Source: an uncultured Cardiobacteriales bacterium
GTDB taxonomy: Bacteria; Pseudomonadota; Gammaproteobacteria; CAYWWW01
Direction of reading: 5' to 3'
Length of the DNA stretch: 64,000 nt
Assembly: GCA_964462205.1 (NCBI GenBank)
Contig: CAYWWW010000001.1
Coordinates: forward strand, 11,443 to 75,442
In this document: positions 1 to 9,764 of the stretch, in pieces
Numbering within the stretch: the first letter of the stretch is position 1
How the letters are laid out: the number at the start of each line of letters is the position of its first letter
Translations under genes and position numbers: made by a program
Notes under the pieces: model-generated
Databases searched by the model: none
What the model saw: only the letters and a program-made list of their open reading frames with translations
Told to the model about the DNA's origin: nothing

Positions 1-144
1 TTGAGCCTGCCACAGTGGCGACGGCCTCAAAAAAATTCAGGAAAAAAAACTGAGTCCGATTCGCCATCGGCAGCCAAGGAGTAAGGATTGTTCTAGGAAC
101 GCCTTGATACTTTAAGCTATTGTTTTTTACAAGAGTGCTAAAAA

Positions 145-1950
145 ATGTGTGGAATTATTGGTGCGGTGGCTGAACGGCAGGTGTTACCGATTTTGTTGTC
201 GGGTTTGCAACGCATGGAATATCGTGGTTACGACTCGGCAGGTGTGGCGCTTTTGGCCAATCAGAGGCTTGAAAGTCTGCGTAGCGTTGGTAAAGTCTCG
301 GCTTTAATAGAAAGTTTAGAGCAATCACCACTGGCTCCAGCAACTGTGGGTATTGCTCACACGCGCTGGGCGACGCATGGCGCACCTTCGTCCGACAATG
401 CGCATCCGCATTTGGCGCGGCCTTTTGCTTTAGTCCATAACGGCATCATTGAAAATGCCCCGGAATTAAAAAAGCAGTTGGAAGCGCAAGGCATGGCTTT
501 TCAATCGGAAACCGACACCGAAGTTTTGGTGCAATGGTTGGCCTGGCAAGTTGAAAAAACCGAGTTGCCGCTGTTGATCCTGCTGCCACGCCTGCTGGCG
601 GTGATTCATGGCAGTTACGCCTTGGCGATCTTGGATGCCCGGGAACCCGGACGTATTTTTGTCGCCCGTCAGGCCTCGCCGTTGTTGATTGGTGTGGGCG
701 TGGGTGAGCATTTTGTGGCTTCTGATTTGCAAGCCTTTGCTTTTATTACCCAGGAGTATTTGCTGTTGGAAGATGGCGACTATGGCCTGATTGAGCGTCA
801 AGGCATTCAGCTCTATCAGCAGGGCCAAGCGGTGGAAAGAGCGCTACGTCAGGTCGAATCCCGTGGGCAGTTGGTAGAAAAAGAAGGCTTTAAGCATTTC
901 ATGCTCAAGGAAATTTTTGAGCAACCCAAAGCCTTACAAGACACGGCGCTAAGCGTTCGCCAGGCTTTGACAACTCTGGCCGCTTGGCCGCTGCCGAAGG
1001 CATTGCATATTGTTGCCTGTGGCAGCAGTTATCACGCCGGTTTGGTGGCCAAATACTGGTGCGAAACCTGGTTAAAGCTACCCTGTCAGGTCGAGGTTGC
1101 CAGCGAGTATCGCTACCGTGAGGTGGCCGTCTTGCCGGAAAGTCTTTTTATTACCTTATCGCAGTCGGGGGAGACGGCGGATACCTTGGCAGCGTTGCAA
1201 AAAGCCAAAGCCATTCAAAACTATCAAAGCTATCTGGCGATCTGTAATGTCCAAGAAAGCGCCTTGGTGCGACAAGTAGAGCAGGTATTGCTGACCAAAG
1301 CAGGGGTGGAGGTGAGCGTGGCCTCGACCAAGGCCTTTAGCTGCCAATTGCTGACCTTATTTCTGTTTTTATTGCATTTAGCTGAAAAACAACAAAGCCA
1401 GGCGTTATTGGAACAGGGTTTGGCGGCAGTGCAGCGTCTGCCAGTGCGCCTGCCGACACTTTTGGCTTTGGAACCCGCCTTGGCGGCTTGGGCGCGAGAT
1501 TTTGAAGATGTTGATCATGCACTGTTAATCGCCCGTGGCATTCTCTATCCGATTGCCGTGGAAGGCGCCTTGAAATTAAAAGAAATCGCTTATATTCACG
1601 TTGAAGCCTATCCCGCCGGAGAGTTAAAACACGGGCCTTTGGCCTTGATTGATCAGCATTTGCCGGTGATTTTTTTGGTTGCTGACGATGCGCTTTTGGA
1701 AAAAGTCCGCAGCAATATGGCAGAAGTGGCGGCACGCGGTGGCAAAATCTATGCTTTTTTAAGCGAGGGCATTGCCACTGCTGGCTTGCCGAAAGACGGC
1801 CATTATTTACATTTGCCAGCGATGGATGGCGTGCTTTCGCCCTTATTTTTCACCGTGGCTTTGCAGCTTTTTGCCTATCACGTCGCCAATTGGCGCGGCA
1901 ATGATATTGATCAGCCACGCAATTTAGCCAAAGCCGTTACCGTTGAATAA
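145..1950 (+). CDS. glmS: glutamine--fructose-6-phosphate aminotransferase
   Basis: 601-aa ORF starting MCGIIG (Cys2 nucleophile of class II amidotransferases). SIS-domain motifs follow, and the C-terminus ...NLAKAVTVE is typical of GlmS. Confidence 0.95.
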   Translation: MCGIIGAVAERQVLPILLSGLQRMEYRGYDSAGVALLANQRLESLRSVGKVSALIESLEQSPLAPATVGIAHTRWATHGAPSSDNAHPHLARPFALVHNGIIENAPELKKQLEAQGMAFQSETDTEVLVQWLAWQVEKTELPLLILLPRLLAVIHGSYALAILDAREPGRIFVARQASPLLIGVGVGEHFVASDLQAFAFITQEYLLLEDGDYGLIERQGIQLYQQGQAVERALRQVESRGQLVEKEGFKHFMLKEIFEQPKALQDTALSVRQALTTLAAWPLPKALHIVACGSSYHAGLVAKYWCETWLKLPCQVEVASEYRYREVAVLPESLFITLSQSGETADTLAALQKAKAIQNYQSYLAICNVQESALVRQVEQVLLTKAGVEVSVASTKAFSCQLLTLFLFLLHLAEKQQSQALLEQGLAAVQRLPVRLPTLLALEPALAAWARDFEDVDHALLIARGILYPIAVEGALKLKEIAYIHVEAYPAGELKHGPLALIDQHLPVIFLVADDALLEKVRSNMAEVAARGGKIYAFLSEGIATAGLPKDGHYLHLPAMDGVLSPLFFTVALQLFAYHVANWRGNDIDQPRNLAKAVTVE

Positions 1951-1985
1951 GTTGAATAACTTTATTATTTTTTTTGGAGAAAACG

Positions 1986-2303
1986 ATGACTGAACAACAA
2001 TTAAATCAGCGCTGTATTGATCTCATGCAGCATCCAGATGTTAAAAAAATGATGTGGAATGCGCGGATGTTTTGGCACATTGGCAATCAGTTGGCAGTGA
2101 AATATGACCCAGAATTTTTGGCCAAACCCAAAGTGGATTTGCGGGAGTTAGAAGTGTTATTGAGCGAGGCCGCCGGCGAGGCATCCCAATGCCTAGAAAC
2201 TTTGAATAATGAAAAAAATCAACGTGGTGATTTTATTGTGCGTGCTTTGCGCAGCGGTTATCGCCCCTATCTCACGCCAGCAAATCCCCCGGCGGCCAGT
2301 TAA
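1986..2303 (+). CDS. hypothetical protein (about 105 aa)
   Basis: ORF 1974..2303. The ATG at 1986 lies 6 nt after GGAGA. No recognisable motif. A bidirectional hairpin follows. Confidence 0.5.
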   Translation: MTEQQLNQRCIDLMQHPDVKKMMWNARMFWHIGNQLAVKYDPEFLAKPKVDLRELEVLLSEAAGEASQCLETLNNEKNQRGDFIVRALRSGYRPYLTPANPPAAS

Positions 2304-2340
2304 AAACTAGAAATTAAAAGTGTTGGTGTGAAGCTCAACT

Positions 2341-2374
2341 AAAAAAGGCAGTGCGTGTAGCTACTGCCTTTTTT
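2341..2374. terminator. bidirectional intrinsic terminator hairpin
   Basis: AAAAAAGGCAGT - 10 nt loop - ACTGCCTTTTTT. Perfect 12-bp arms flanked by A6/T6, between convergent genes. Confidence 0.7.
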
Positions 2375-2430
2375 ATGCGAAGATTAACAAAAGGTTGTTT
2401 GCTGGCCAGTTTTGCTGGCGATCTATTGGC

Positions 2431-3021
2431 TTACAGCAGTTTGGCTTCGACGCTTTCCCGCCGCTCCCGCCCCGCCAATTTTTCCAATAAAGTCAAAGCA
2501 AAAGCCAAGGCACTACCAGGTCCACGTCCGGTAATCAAGCGGCCATCCACTGTGACCGGTGCCTCGGTGATGACCAATGTTCCCTGATTGGCCGCCCAGG
2601 CTTCCGGCAAAGTCGCTAAAGCACCTGGAAAGACGCTCAGGCGTTGCTGTTGCAATATGCCGGCGGCCAACAACACTTTGGGCGCGGCACATAAAGCCGC
2701 CAGATAACGGTCTTCGCTTGCGGCTATGGCTTGCCAAAAATCCTGTAAAAAAGCGATGAGAGCGCTATTTTTCAGAAGATTATCGGTGCCTGGCTGTCCG
2801 CCTGGCAAGACAATCGCTTGATAATGGCCAAGGCCAAAAGCTAAGGCTTCGGCAAGGGTGAGGTCGGGCAAAAGCCGTGCGCCACGGCTGGCGCGAATGG
2901 GGATTAAAGTCTCGCTGACCCCAGCCAAAAGAACCGTTAAACCGCCACGGCGCAGGATATTGCTGATGGTGATGGCCTCTAGTTCTTCAACGCCTTCGGC
3001 CAACGGCAGCAAGATGCTCAT
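2431..3021 (-). CDS. DJ-1/PfpI (YajL/ThiJ-like) family protein
   Basis: 196 aa. N-terminus SILLPLAEGVEELEAITI and AALCAAP (nucleophile-elbow Cys) are typical of the DJ-1 family. Start overlaps the ctp stop by 4 nt. Confidence 0.85.
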   Translation of the reverse strand: MSILLPLAEGVEELEAITISNILRRGGLTVLLAGVSETLIPIRASRGARLLPDLTLAEALAFGLGHYQAIVLPGGQPGTDNLLKNSALIAFLQDFWQAIAASEDRYLAALCAAPKVLLAAGILQQQRLSVFPGALATLPEAWAANQGTLVITEAPVTVDGRLITGRGPGSALAFALTLLEKLAGRERRESVEAKLL

Positions 3022-4337
3022 TGCGCGGCTTTGCGGAAAATTGCCAAGCCTTTCAATAAATTTAAGGCTTCAACAATCTGATAGTCGTTTTCATCGAAGC
3101 GTTTTTGCGCTTGATCATCGCCTTGCTCCTCGTCAGCGGCGTTTTTGCCTTCCAGCGCGCCATTGAGATGCCCCTTCAGATCAGCTTCTTTTAAGGGTTC
3201 CAAAGCCGTATTTTTGGCAACTTCTTCATTTTCAGTCTCTTTGCGACGTAAAATAATATCGGGTTTGATGCCAGCCGCTTGAATGGAAACGTCGTTTGGC
3301 GTGTAGTACAGCGCCGTGGTCAATTTCAAAGCACCGCCATTATTCAAAGGCTGAATGGTTTGCACCGAGCCTTTGCCAAAGGTCGCGCTACCCATGAGTA
3401 CGGCACGTTTATGATCTTGCAGCGCGCCGGCGACAATTTCCGAAGCCGAGGCCGAGCCGCCATTGACCAAAATCACCAAGGGCGCATCCTGTAAAATATC
3501 GCCTGGACGCGCTGAATAACGCATTTCTCCTTCATTTTCACGACCCTTGGTGGAAACAATCAAGCCTTTTTCCAGAAATAAATCAGCAACGCCGATAGCG
3601 CCATTCAAAACACCGCCGGGGTTATTGCGTAAATCCAAGATCAAACCTTGTAAAGCACTACTGTTTTCGGCTACCAGTTTTTCGATAGCACTACGCAATT
3701 GGCTGACGGTCTGATTTTGGAATTGTGTCAAACGGATATACCCATAGCCGTTTTCTAAGAGTCGCGCTTTCACGCTTTGCACGCGGATGATTTCACGGGT
3801 TAATTTCACGGTTAAAAGTTCTTGGGCACCTTCGCGCATGATGGTGAGCGTGATGTCAGTACCCGGTTCACCGCGCATTAAATCTACAGCTTCGCTTAAT
3901 TCCAGGCCGCGTACTGCCGTCTGGTCAATGCGAATAATTAAATCGCCGGATTGAATACCGGCACGTTGCGCCGGCGTGTCGTCTATCGGTGCAACGACTT
4001 TGATAAGTTCCTCTTCCATCGTCACCTCGATGCCCAAACCGCCAAAAAGGCCAGTGGTATCGGCGGTTAAGTCCTGTAATTCTTCAGGGGACAAATAAGC
4101 CGAGTGCGGGTCAAGGCTACTGACCATGCCGCGAATGGCTTCTTCCATCAGCTTTTGCTGATCAACATCTTCTACATAGTCGCTTTGGATACGCGCAAAA
4201 ATTTCGCTAAAATTTTGTAAGGAGTTGATCGGTAAAGGTGCTTCATAGTCCCGTTTGGCCAAAACATTATGACCAACCGCCAGCGAAAAACCGATGATGA
4301 TACCCGCTAAACTGCCTAAAAAAACCTGTGTTCGCAT
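3018..4337 (-). CDS. ctp: carboxy-terminal processing peptidase, S41 family
   Basis: 439 aa with an N-terminal TM/signal, a PDZ region (GIQSGDLIIRID), and S41 motifs GGSASASEI and TFGKGSVQ. Confidence 0.9.
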   Translation of the reverse strand: MRTQVFLGSLAGIIIGFSLAVGHNVLAKRDYEAPLPINSLQNFSEIFARIQSDYVEDVDQQKLMEEAIRGMVSSLDPHSAYLSPEELQDLTADTTGLFGGLGIEVTMEEELIKVVAPIDDTPAQRAGIQSGDLIIRIDQTAVRGLELSEAVDLMRGEPGTDITLTIMREGAQELLTVKLTREIIRVQSVKARLLENGYGYIRLTQFQNQTVSQLRSAIEKLVAENSSALQGLILDLRNNPGGVLNGAIGVADLFLEKGLIVSTKGRENEGEMRYSARPGDILQDAPLVILVNGGSASASEIVAGALQDHKRAVLMGSATFGKGSVQTIQPLNNGGALKLTTALYYTPNDVSIQAAGIKPDIILRRKETENEEVAKNTALEPLKEADLKGHLNGALEGKNAADEEQGDDQAQKRFDENDYQIVEALNLLKGLAIFRKAAQ

Positions 4338-4733
4338 TACATTGCCTCAAACGCTTGGAAAAAACGAAAGTGCGATAAATACCACAGCCGCCTATAAATG
4401 ACTACGCTCACACCCAAGGGAAATTTTTTTTTTGCTTAGCACACCTGACAATAATGGCGATGGCTTGGCTAAAAATTTTGATTTGCTTTAACTTTTTAGA
4501 AAATTGTCAGAGGCGTTGCCTACTTTTATTATTTTCTGCGGCACTTTTCTTAGAAAGTGCTTGTATCCTGAAACGACTTTGTATTAGATTCCTCGCAAGT
4601 CGAAAAATACTTGGGTAAAATTTTTTGAAAACTCAAGTAAAAAAAACTTACAGATGTTTTTTTATTAGACTTTTTGCAAATAACTACTTTTCACTTGATT
4701 TTATTATTTTCTTTCCGCAAAGGAATTGTCTTT

Positions 4734-5060
4734 ATGAATACAGAAATTGCTATGATGAATCATGTACAACTGATGACCCGCGAAGAAGACATTGAACGGG
4801 CATCGCGTTCCCTGAAGGCGATGTCCCACCCCCTGCGCCTGCGGATTCTTTGCACTTTGGGCGACCGCGAGGTCAGCGTGCAAGATATTGTAGATAGCGT
4901 TGGCACCTCGCAAAGCAATATCTCCCAACATCTCTCGATTTTGCGCGATAAAGGCATTTTGATTGCCCGCAAAGATGCCAATCGCGTATATTACCGCATT
5001 AGCGATGCACGTACCCTGCGCCTTTTAGGCATGATGCAGGAAGTTTTTTGTTCGCGCTAA
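4734..5060 (+). CDS. ArsR/SmtB-family transcriptional regulator, SqrR/BigR/YgaV-like
   Basis: Internal ATG at 4734 preceded by AAGGAA. HTH region HPLRLRILCTL...SQSNISQHLSILRD. Only two Cys, at residues 40 and 106 of the 108-aa product. Confidence 0.85.
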   Translation: MNTEIAMMNHVQLMTREEDIERASRSLKAMSHPLRLRILCTLGDREVSVQDIVDSVGTSQSNISQHLSILRDKGILIARKDANRVYYRISDARTLRLLGMMQEVFCSR

Positions 5061-5110
5061 GTCCACCCCAAACTTTTTACCTTAAACTGTCATTTTACGG
5101 AGTTTTCACT

Positions 5111-5320
5111 ATGACTATTGATCGCATTGTCCGCCTAGTTGCTGGTTTTTTTATCATGGTTTCTTTGTTGCTCGGTTATAAAGCCGAATGGAATCCAGTG
5201 TTTATCAGCGAGTATTTCTTGATTTTTACCGCTTTCGTTGGTTTTAACCTTTTTCAAAGCGCACTGACCCGTTTTTGTCCTTTAGATATGATTTTGGCGC
5301 GTTTAGGCGTGAAACGCTAA
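5111..5320 (+). CDS. DUF2892 (YgaP-like transmembrane domain) small membrane protein
   Basis: 69 aa from the ATG at 5111 (RBS ACGGAG). Two hydrophobic helices and the ...ALTRFCPL motif typical of DUF2892. Confidence 0.75.
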   Translation: MTIDRIVRLVAGFFIMVSLLLGYKAEWNPVFISEYFLIFTAFVGFNLFQSALTRFCPLDMILARLGVKR

Positions 5321-5354
5321 TATCAGACGTTAGACGCTTAAAGAGGGTTGATCT

Positions 5355-5780
5355 GTGGAAGAAATTATTGCTTTTGCCAGCCGAAACTGGCTCCTGGTGA
5401 CGGCATTTTTTATTGTTTTGTTTTTATTGGTTATCAGCGAAGTCCGTCGTGCCAAGCGTGGCTTCAAAGGCATCTCGCCGATGCAAGCCACCACGCTTTC
5501 CAATCATAACAACGCCTTGTTTCTTGATGTGCGCGAAATTGGCGAATATCGGCAAGGTCATCTTTTAGAAGCCGTGCATATTCCCTTGAGCCAACTGCCC
5601 AATCAGCTTACTAAGCTCGAAGCGCATAAGGAGCGTCCGATTGTCGCCTATTGCCGCAGCGGTGCGCGTTCGGCGCAAGCCTGTGAAATTTTGCTTAAAG
5701 CCGGTTTTCCCACCTTGTATAACCTGAACGGCGGGATTATCGAATGGCAAAACCAAGGCTTGCCAACACAAAAAGAGTGA
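5355..5780 (+). CDS. membrane-anchored rhodanese-domain sulfurtransferase
   Basis: 141 aa with a GTG start and an N-terminal TM helix. Rhodanese fold with the active-site loop CRSGARS. Confidence 0.85.
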   Translation: MEEIIAFASRNWLLVTAFFIVLFLLVISEVRRAKRGFKGISPMQATTLSNHNNALFLDVREIGEYRQGHLLEAVHIPLSQLPNQLTKLEAHKERPIVAYCRSGARSAQACEILLKAGFPTLYNLNGGIIEWQNQGLPTQKE

Positions 5781-5804
5781 AATGATTTTTTAGATCAATA
5801 TCTT

Positions 5805-6080
5805 ATGACTATTGAGATTTACACTGGTAAATTTTGCCCGTATTGTTGGCGGGCATTGGCACTGTTAGAAAAAAAACAAGTGCCTTTTCAACAGATTCCC
5901 ATTGACGGCCAACCGGAAAAACGCCAAGAAATGATCGCGCGTTCGGGCCGTTTTACCGTACCGCAGATTTTTATTGGCGAGCAGCATGTTGGCGGCTGCG
6001 ATGACCTCTTGCTTTTAGAAAAACAAGGGCATCTGGATGCGCTGTTAGCGCCTTTTTTTCCTCCTGCTTCAAACGCTTGA
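5805..6080 (+). CDS. grxC: glutaredoxin 3
   Basis: 91 aa with the CPYC active site and TVPQIFI...GGCDD motifs. Confidence 0.9.
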   Translation: MTIEIYTGKFCPYCWRALALLEKKQVPFQQIPIDGQPEKRQEMIARSGRFTVPQIFIGEQHVGGCDDLLLLEKQGHLDALLAPFFPPASNA

Positions 6081-6084
6081 TATT

Positions 6085-6537
6085 ATGTCTTCTGCTATCA
6101 ACACCTTAGAAACGGTTTGTCCGCATTGCTCGCAAATCAACCGCCTGTCTTGGCCGCCGACGCTGCCTATGACCGAGGTTATGCCACGTTGCGGGCGTTG
6201 CCAGCAGCCGCTGTTGCCTGGTTTCGCGATCAGCGCCGACGCTGCCTTATTCAAGCGTTTTTTAACGCGAGAACAACTGCCGCTGTTGGTGGATTTTTGG
6301 GCGGAATGGTGTGGACCTTGCCGCAGTTTGGCACCTAGTTTGGCGCGACTGGCGGCGGCGCTGCCGACGTTACGTCTCCTCAAGGTCAACAGCGACCACG
6401 AACAAGCGCTGGCGCAACAATGGAGCATTCGTGGTATTCCCACCTTGATTTTGCTAAAAAATAGCCAAGAGTTGGCCAGAATTTCTGGGGCGCTTCCTTA
6501 TCCACAACTGGAAGCCTGGGTGAAAAAGCATCTCTAA
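6085..6537 (+). CDS. trxC: thioredoxin 2 type (N-terminal zinc-finger thioredoxin)
   Basis: 150 aa. N-terminal CPHC...CGRC zinc-finger pair followed by the WCGPC active site. Confidence 0.85.
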   Translation: MSSAINTLETVCPHCSQINRLSWPPTLPMTEVMPRCGRCQQPLLPGFAISADAALFKRFLTREQLPLLVDFWAEWCGPCRSLAPSLARLAAALPTLRLLKVNSDHEQALAQQWSIRGIPTLILLKNSQELARISGALPYPQLEAWVKKHL

Positions 6538-6658
6538 GTTTTCTGAAAATTCATTCAGTTAAAGTCAAAAGTGTGGACAGTAAAAAACAGCCTAGGCAAC
6601 CGCGAAAAGCCAATTTATAAAAAAGTCATGAAAAAAAGGTCACCAAAAAAGTAAAAAC

Positions 6659-7666
6659 ATGGCCAATGAACAAGCTCTAAAAAACGGCATTTTTGTCGTC
6701 GGTGCCGGTGCCTGGGGCACCGCCTTGGCACTACATTTGGCGCGGCATCGGGATGCGCCGGTGTGGTTGTATGGTCGCGACCCCGAAAAAATCGCTGCCA
6801 TGCGTGCGGCGCGTGCCAATGTTTTTTATCTGCCTAAGTTTCCTTTCCCAGAAAATCTTTTTCCCACCAGTGATTTAACCTTGGCTGCCGACTGTCGCTG
6901 GCTTTTGTTAGCGCTGCCGAGTTACGCTTTAAGCGCCTGGCTGCCATCGTGGCAGGCCTTGCAATTTTCCTTACCAATTGTTTTGGCCACCAAAGGCTTG
7001 CATCCCGAAAAACTTTTTTTATACCAAGCCTTAGAAAGTGATTTAGCGGCAGCTGCCTCAGTGGCGGTATTGTCGGGGCCAAGTTTTGCCGAAGAAGTCG
7101 CGGCAGAAAAGCCCACAGCCTTGGTGTTGGCGGCAGCGCTGCCGGAGGCCTGGCAGGCGGTGATTGCTGACCTGCATCGCGGCCGGCTGCGGATTTATCA
7201 TCAACATGACCGTCCTGGCGTGTCTTTGGGCGGGGCTTTGAAAAATATCTTGGCCATTGCCGCAGGCGTAAGCGATGGTTTAGGACTCGGCAGCAATGCG
7301 CGGGCGGCTTTGCTGACGCGGGGTTTGGCGGAAATGCAGCGCTTGGCGACGGTTTTTGCGGCGGAAGCGCCAACCTTGATGGGGTTGTCGGGACTTGGCG
7401 ATTTATTGTTGACCGCCACCGACGACCTCTCTCGTAATCGCCGTTTTGGGCTGCTGTTGGGACAGGGCATTGGCGTGCCGGAAGCCTTGACACGCATTGG
7501 CACCGTTGAGGGCTATCACAGTGCTTTATTGGCCTTGGAATGGTTACAACGTTATCCATGTCCAGCGCCGATCATTACTGCCGTGGCGCAGGTTTTGCAG
7601 CAAAAATTATCGCCAGAGCAAGCCTTGCAGCTTTTACTAGAACGGCAGCAACGGGCTGAGTTTTAG
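6659..7666 (+). CDS. gpsA: NAD(P)H-dependent glycerol-3-phosphate dehydrogenase
   Basis: 335 aa with a GAGAWGTALA Rossmann motif, LSGPSFAEEV and GALKNILAIAAG. Confidence 0.92.
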   Translation: MANEQALKNGIFVVGAGAWGTALALHLARHRDAPVWLYGRDPEKIAAMRAARANVFYLPKFPFPENLFPTSDLTLAADCRWLLLALPSYALSAWLPSWQALQFSLPIVLATKGLHPEKLFLYQALESDLAAAASVAVLSGPSFAEEVAAEKPTALVLAAALPEAWQAVIADLHRGRLRIYHQHDRPGVSLGGALKNILAIAAGVSDGLGLGSNARAALLTRGLAEMQRLATVFAAEAPTLMGLSGLGDLLLTATDDLSRNRRFGLLLGQGIGVPEALTRIGTVEGYHSALLALEWLQRYPCPAPIITAVAQVLQQKLSPEQALQLLLERQQRAEF

Positions 7667-8175
7667 CTAAAATCTAACCCTTCCACAAACCCCTGCTGTC
7701 GCCATACTTCGTATAAAGCAATGCTTACGGCATTGGCCAAGTTTAAGCTGCGGCTCTTGGCCTGCATTGGGATGCGTAAACAGCGCGCCTCGCCAATCGC
7801 GTTGAAAATTTCCTTGGGTAAACCGCGACTTTCCGGGCCGAAGAGCAAGATGCTTGGACTGGGATAGGTCACTTGGTGATAAAAATTTCGGCCTTTGGTG
7901 GTAAAGGCAAACACCTTTCCAAAGTCATCCGTTGCCTCCAGATGCTTACGAAACGCCTCAAAATTATCATGAACTTGCAGCGAAGTTTGATAATCCATAG
8001 CCGCTCGCTTAAAGGCTTTATCGGTCAGGCGAAAACCCAAAGGACGAATCAAATGCAAAAGGCTGTGGCTATTGGCGCAGAGGCGCAAGATATTGCCGGT
8101 GTTCGGCGGGATTTCTGGTTCAAAAAGCGCCACTTGGCGCATAAAAGGCGTTTGGGTGGCGATGGAGTCGGTCAT
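7663..8175 (-). CDS. trmL: tRNA (cytidine/uridine-2'-O)-methyltransferase, SpoU/TrmL type
   Basis: ORF 7663..8322 trimmed to the ATG at 8175 (an alternative is 8142). Motifs ALFEPEIPPNTGNILRLC and SLNLANAVSIALYEVWRQ. Confidence 0.8.
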   Translation of the reverse strand: MTDSIATQTPFMRQVALFEPEIPPNTGNILRLCANSHSLLHLIRPLGFRLTDKAFKRAAMDYQTSLQVHDNFEAFRKHLEATDDFGKVFAFTTKGRNFYHQVTYPSPSILLFGPESRGLPKEIFNAIGEARCLRIPMQAKSRSLNLANAVSIALYEVWRQQGFVEGLDFS

Positions 8176-8218
8176 GTTTTTTAGCGCTGGAAAAAGGTGT
8201 CTCGCCGTTGCTGGCCTT

Positions 8219-9244
8219 TTATTCGGCTGCGTCGGGGTCGGTGGTGAAAGTTTCTGGCGAAGGTTCTCGTGTTTCTGGATGGCCGCGCAATTCTTTTGGC
8301 AAGGCAAAATGCACATCTTCAATAATGCCGGTTAATTCAATGATTTCTTTGCTAAATTCTTTTTCTTTAAGCCAGGCCAACACCGCTTGTACCAGATGTT
8401 CGGGCGCCGAAGCACCAGCGGTCACACCAATGGTTTTTTGGTCGCTAAACCAGCTTTTATCAATATCTTGCGCATCATCAATCAAATAGGCTTGCGCACC
8501 GTGCTGCGCGGCGATTTCGCGTAAGCGATTAGAATTTGAGCTATTTTTCGAGCCAATGACCAAAATCACCTGTGCCTGACTGGCCAAGGCTTTCACAGCA
8601 TCTTGGCGATTTTGCGTGGCGTAACAAATATCGTCGTGTTTGGGACCTAAAATGGCCGGAAAACGGCGGCGCAAAATGGCGATGATGTCGCGGGTGTCGT
8701 CAGCGGAAAGCGTGGTTTGGCTGACATAGGCCAGATGCTCCTGATTTTTTACCTGAAGATTTTCAGCATCTTGATGATCTTGCACGAGATAAATCGTGCC
8801 CTTTGTCGAGCGATATTGGCCAAGCGTCCCCTCGACTTCGGGATGACCGGCGTGGCCAATCAAGATCACTTCGCGGTGTTCTTTGGCGTAGCGTCCGACC
8901 TCGATGTGCACTTTGCTGACCAAAGGACAGGTCGCGTCAAAAATTTTCAATTGCCGTGCTTCAGCTTCAGCAACAATGGCTTGCGATACACCGTGCGCGC
9001 TAAAAATCACCAAATTGCCAGGCGGGACTTCGGCTAAGTCTTCGATAAAACGCACGCCTTTTTCGCGTAATTCGTTGACCACCAAACGGTTATGCACGAT
9101 TTCATGGCGGACATACAAAGGCGCACCAAACTGCGCCAAGGCTTGCTCAACCATGGCAATGGCGCGATCCACGCCGGCGCAAAAGCCGCGTGGATTGGCT
9201 AGATAGACTTTTTTACTTTGAAAAACAATAGGCTGTTCGGTCAT
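8219..9244 (-). CDS. ispH: 4-hydroxy-3-methylbut-2-enyl diphosphate reductase
   Basis: ORF trimmed to the ATG at 9244, which overlaps the upstream stop as ATGA. Motifs [13 protein letters not shown] and SAHGV. Confidence 0.92.
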   Translation of the reverse strand: MTEQPIVFQSKKVYLANPRGFCAGVDRAIAMVEQALAQFGAPLYVRHEIVHNRLVVNELREKGVRFIEDLAEVPPGNLVIFSAHGVSQAIVAEAEARQLKIFDATCPLVSKVHIEVGRYAKEHREVILIGHAGHPEVEGTLGQYRSTKGTIYLVQDHQDAENLQVKNQEHLAYVSQTTLSADDTRDIIAILRRRFPAILGPKHDDICYATQNRQDAVKALASQAQVILVIGSKNSSNSNRLREIAAQHGAQAYLIDDAQDIDKSWFSDQKTIGVTAGASAPEHLVQAVLAWLKEKEFSKEIIELTGIIEDVHFALPKELRGHPETREPSPETFTTDPDAAE

Positions 9245-9675
9245 TCGGCTGCTCCTGACAGAGAAAGAATTTTGGCTTGCCACTGTAAATCTTGGCCGGC
9301 CAAGGGATGATTAAGGTCAATGGCCAAATGTTGGCCTTGGATTTTCAAAATTTTACCGGCAATAGTTCGGTTTTCATATTCAAATTCAATGATTTGACCT
9401 TCCTCAAGCGAAAAATCTGGCGGGAAATATTTTTTTTCCACCCAGATGTAGCGCAGCGGATCATAGGCACCAAAGGCATCTTCGGCGCGAAAAAAAAGCG
9501 AAATTTCTTCGCCAACAGCGCGGTTGAGCAACGTTGCCAGTAAAAAGTCGGCCAATTCGCCGGCCTCTAACCGCAAAGTTACGCCGTCGCCTTGGCTGAT
9601 GACTGTGCCATCGGCGAGGCTTAGGCGGTAGTTAAGGATGATCGTTTGTTGTCGTTGGCTCAATAATGGCGGCAT
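9241..9675 (-). CDS. fkpB: FKBP-type peptidyl-prolyl cis-trans isomerase (FkpB/SlpA-like)
   Basis: 144 aa from the ATG at 9675. It sits directly upstream of ispH and is translationally coupled to it, as fkpB-ispH is in enterobacteria. C-terminus HPLAGQDL. Confidence 0.75.
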   Translation of the reverse strand: MPPLLSQRQQTIILNYRLSLADGTVISQGDGVTLRLEAGELADFLLATLLNRAVGEEISLFFRAEDAFGAYDPLRYIWVEKKYFPPDFSLEEGQIIEFEYENRTIAGKILKIQGQHLAIDLNHPLAGQDLQWQAKILSLSGAAE

Positions 9676-9764
9676 AGACAGATTGGGGATGTTGGTGAAA
9701 AGCGGTATGCTAATCAAAATACGCCAAGAGACCAATCGCATTAAGATAAAAACAAGGATAGCGC

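Noticed and set aside
4541-4560. Hairpin or palindrome GCACTTT-N6-AAAGTGC in the long AT-rich region upstream of the ArsR-like gene, considered as its operator.
   Set aside because: It lies about 175 nt upstream of the start and does not resemble the 12-2-12 type ArsR/SmtB operators I know. It was left unassigned.
6834-7559. 241-aa ORF on the minus strand, antisense to gpsA.
   Set aside because: It lies entirely inside a gene with unmistakable GpsA motifs. Its product is Arg/Pro/Ala-rich with no motifs, typical of antisense frames in GC-richer coding DNA.
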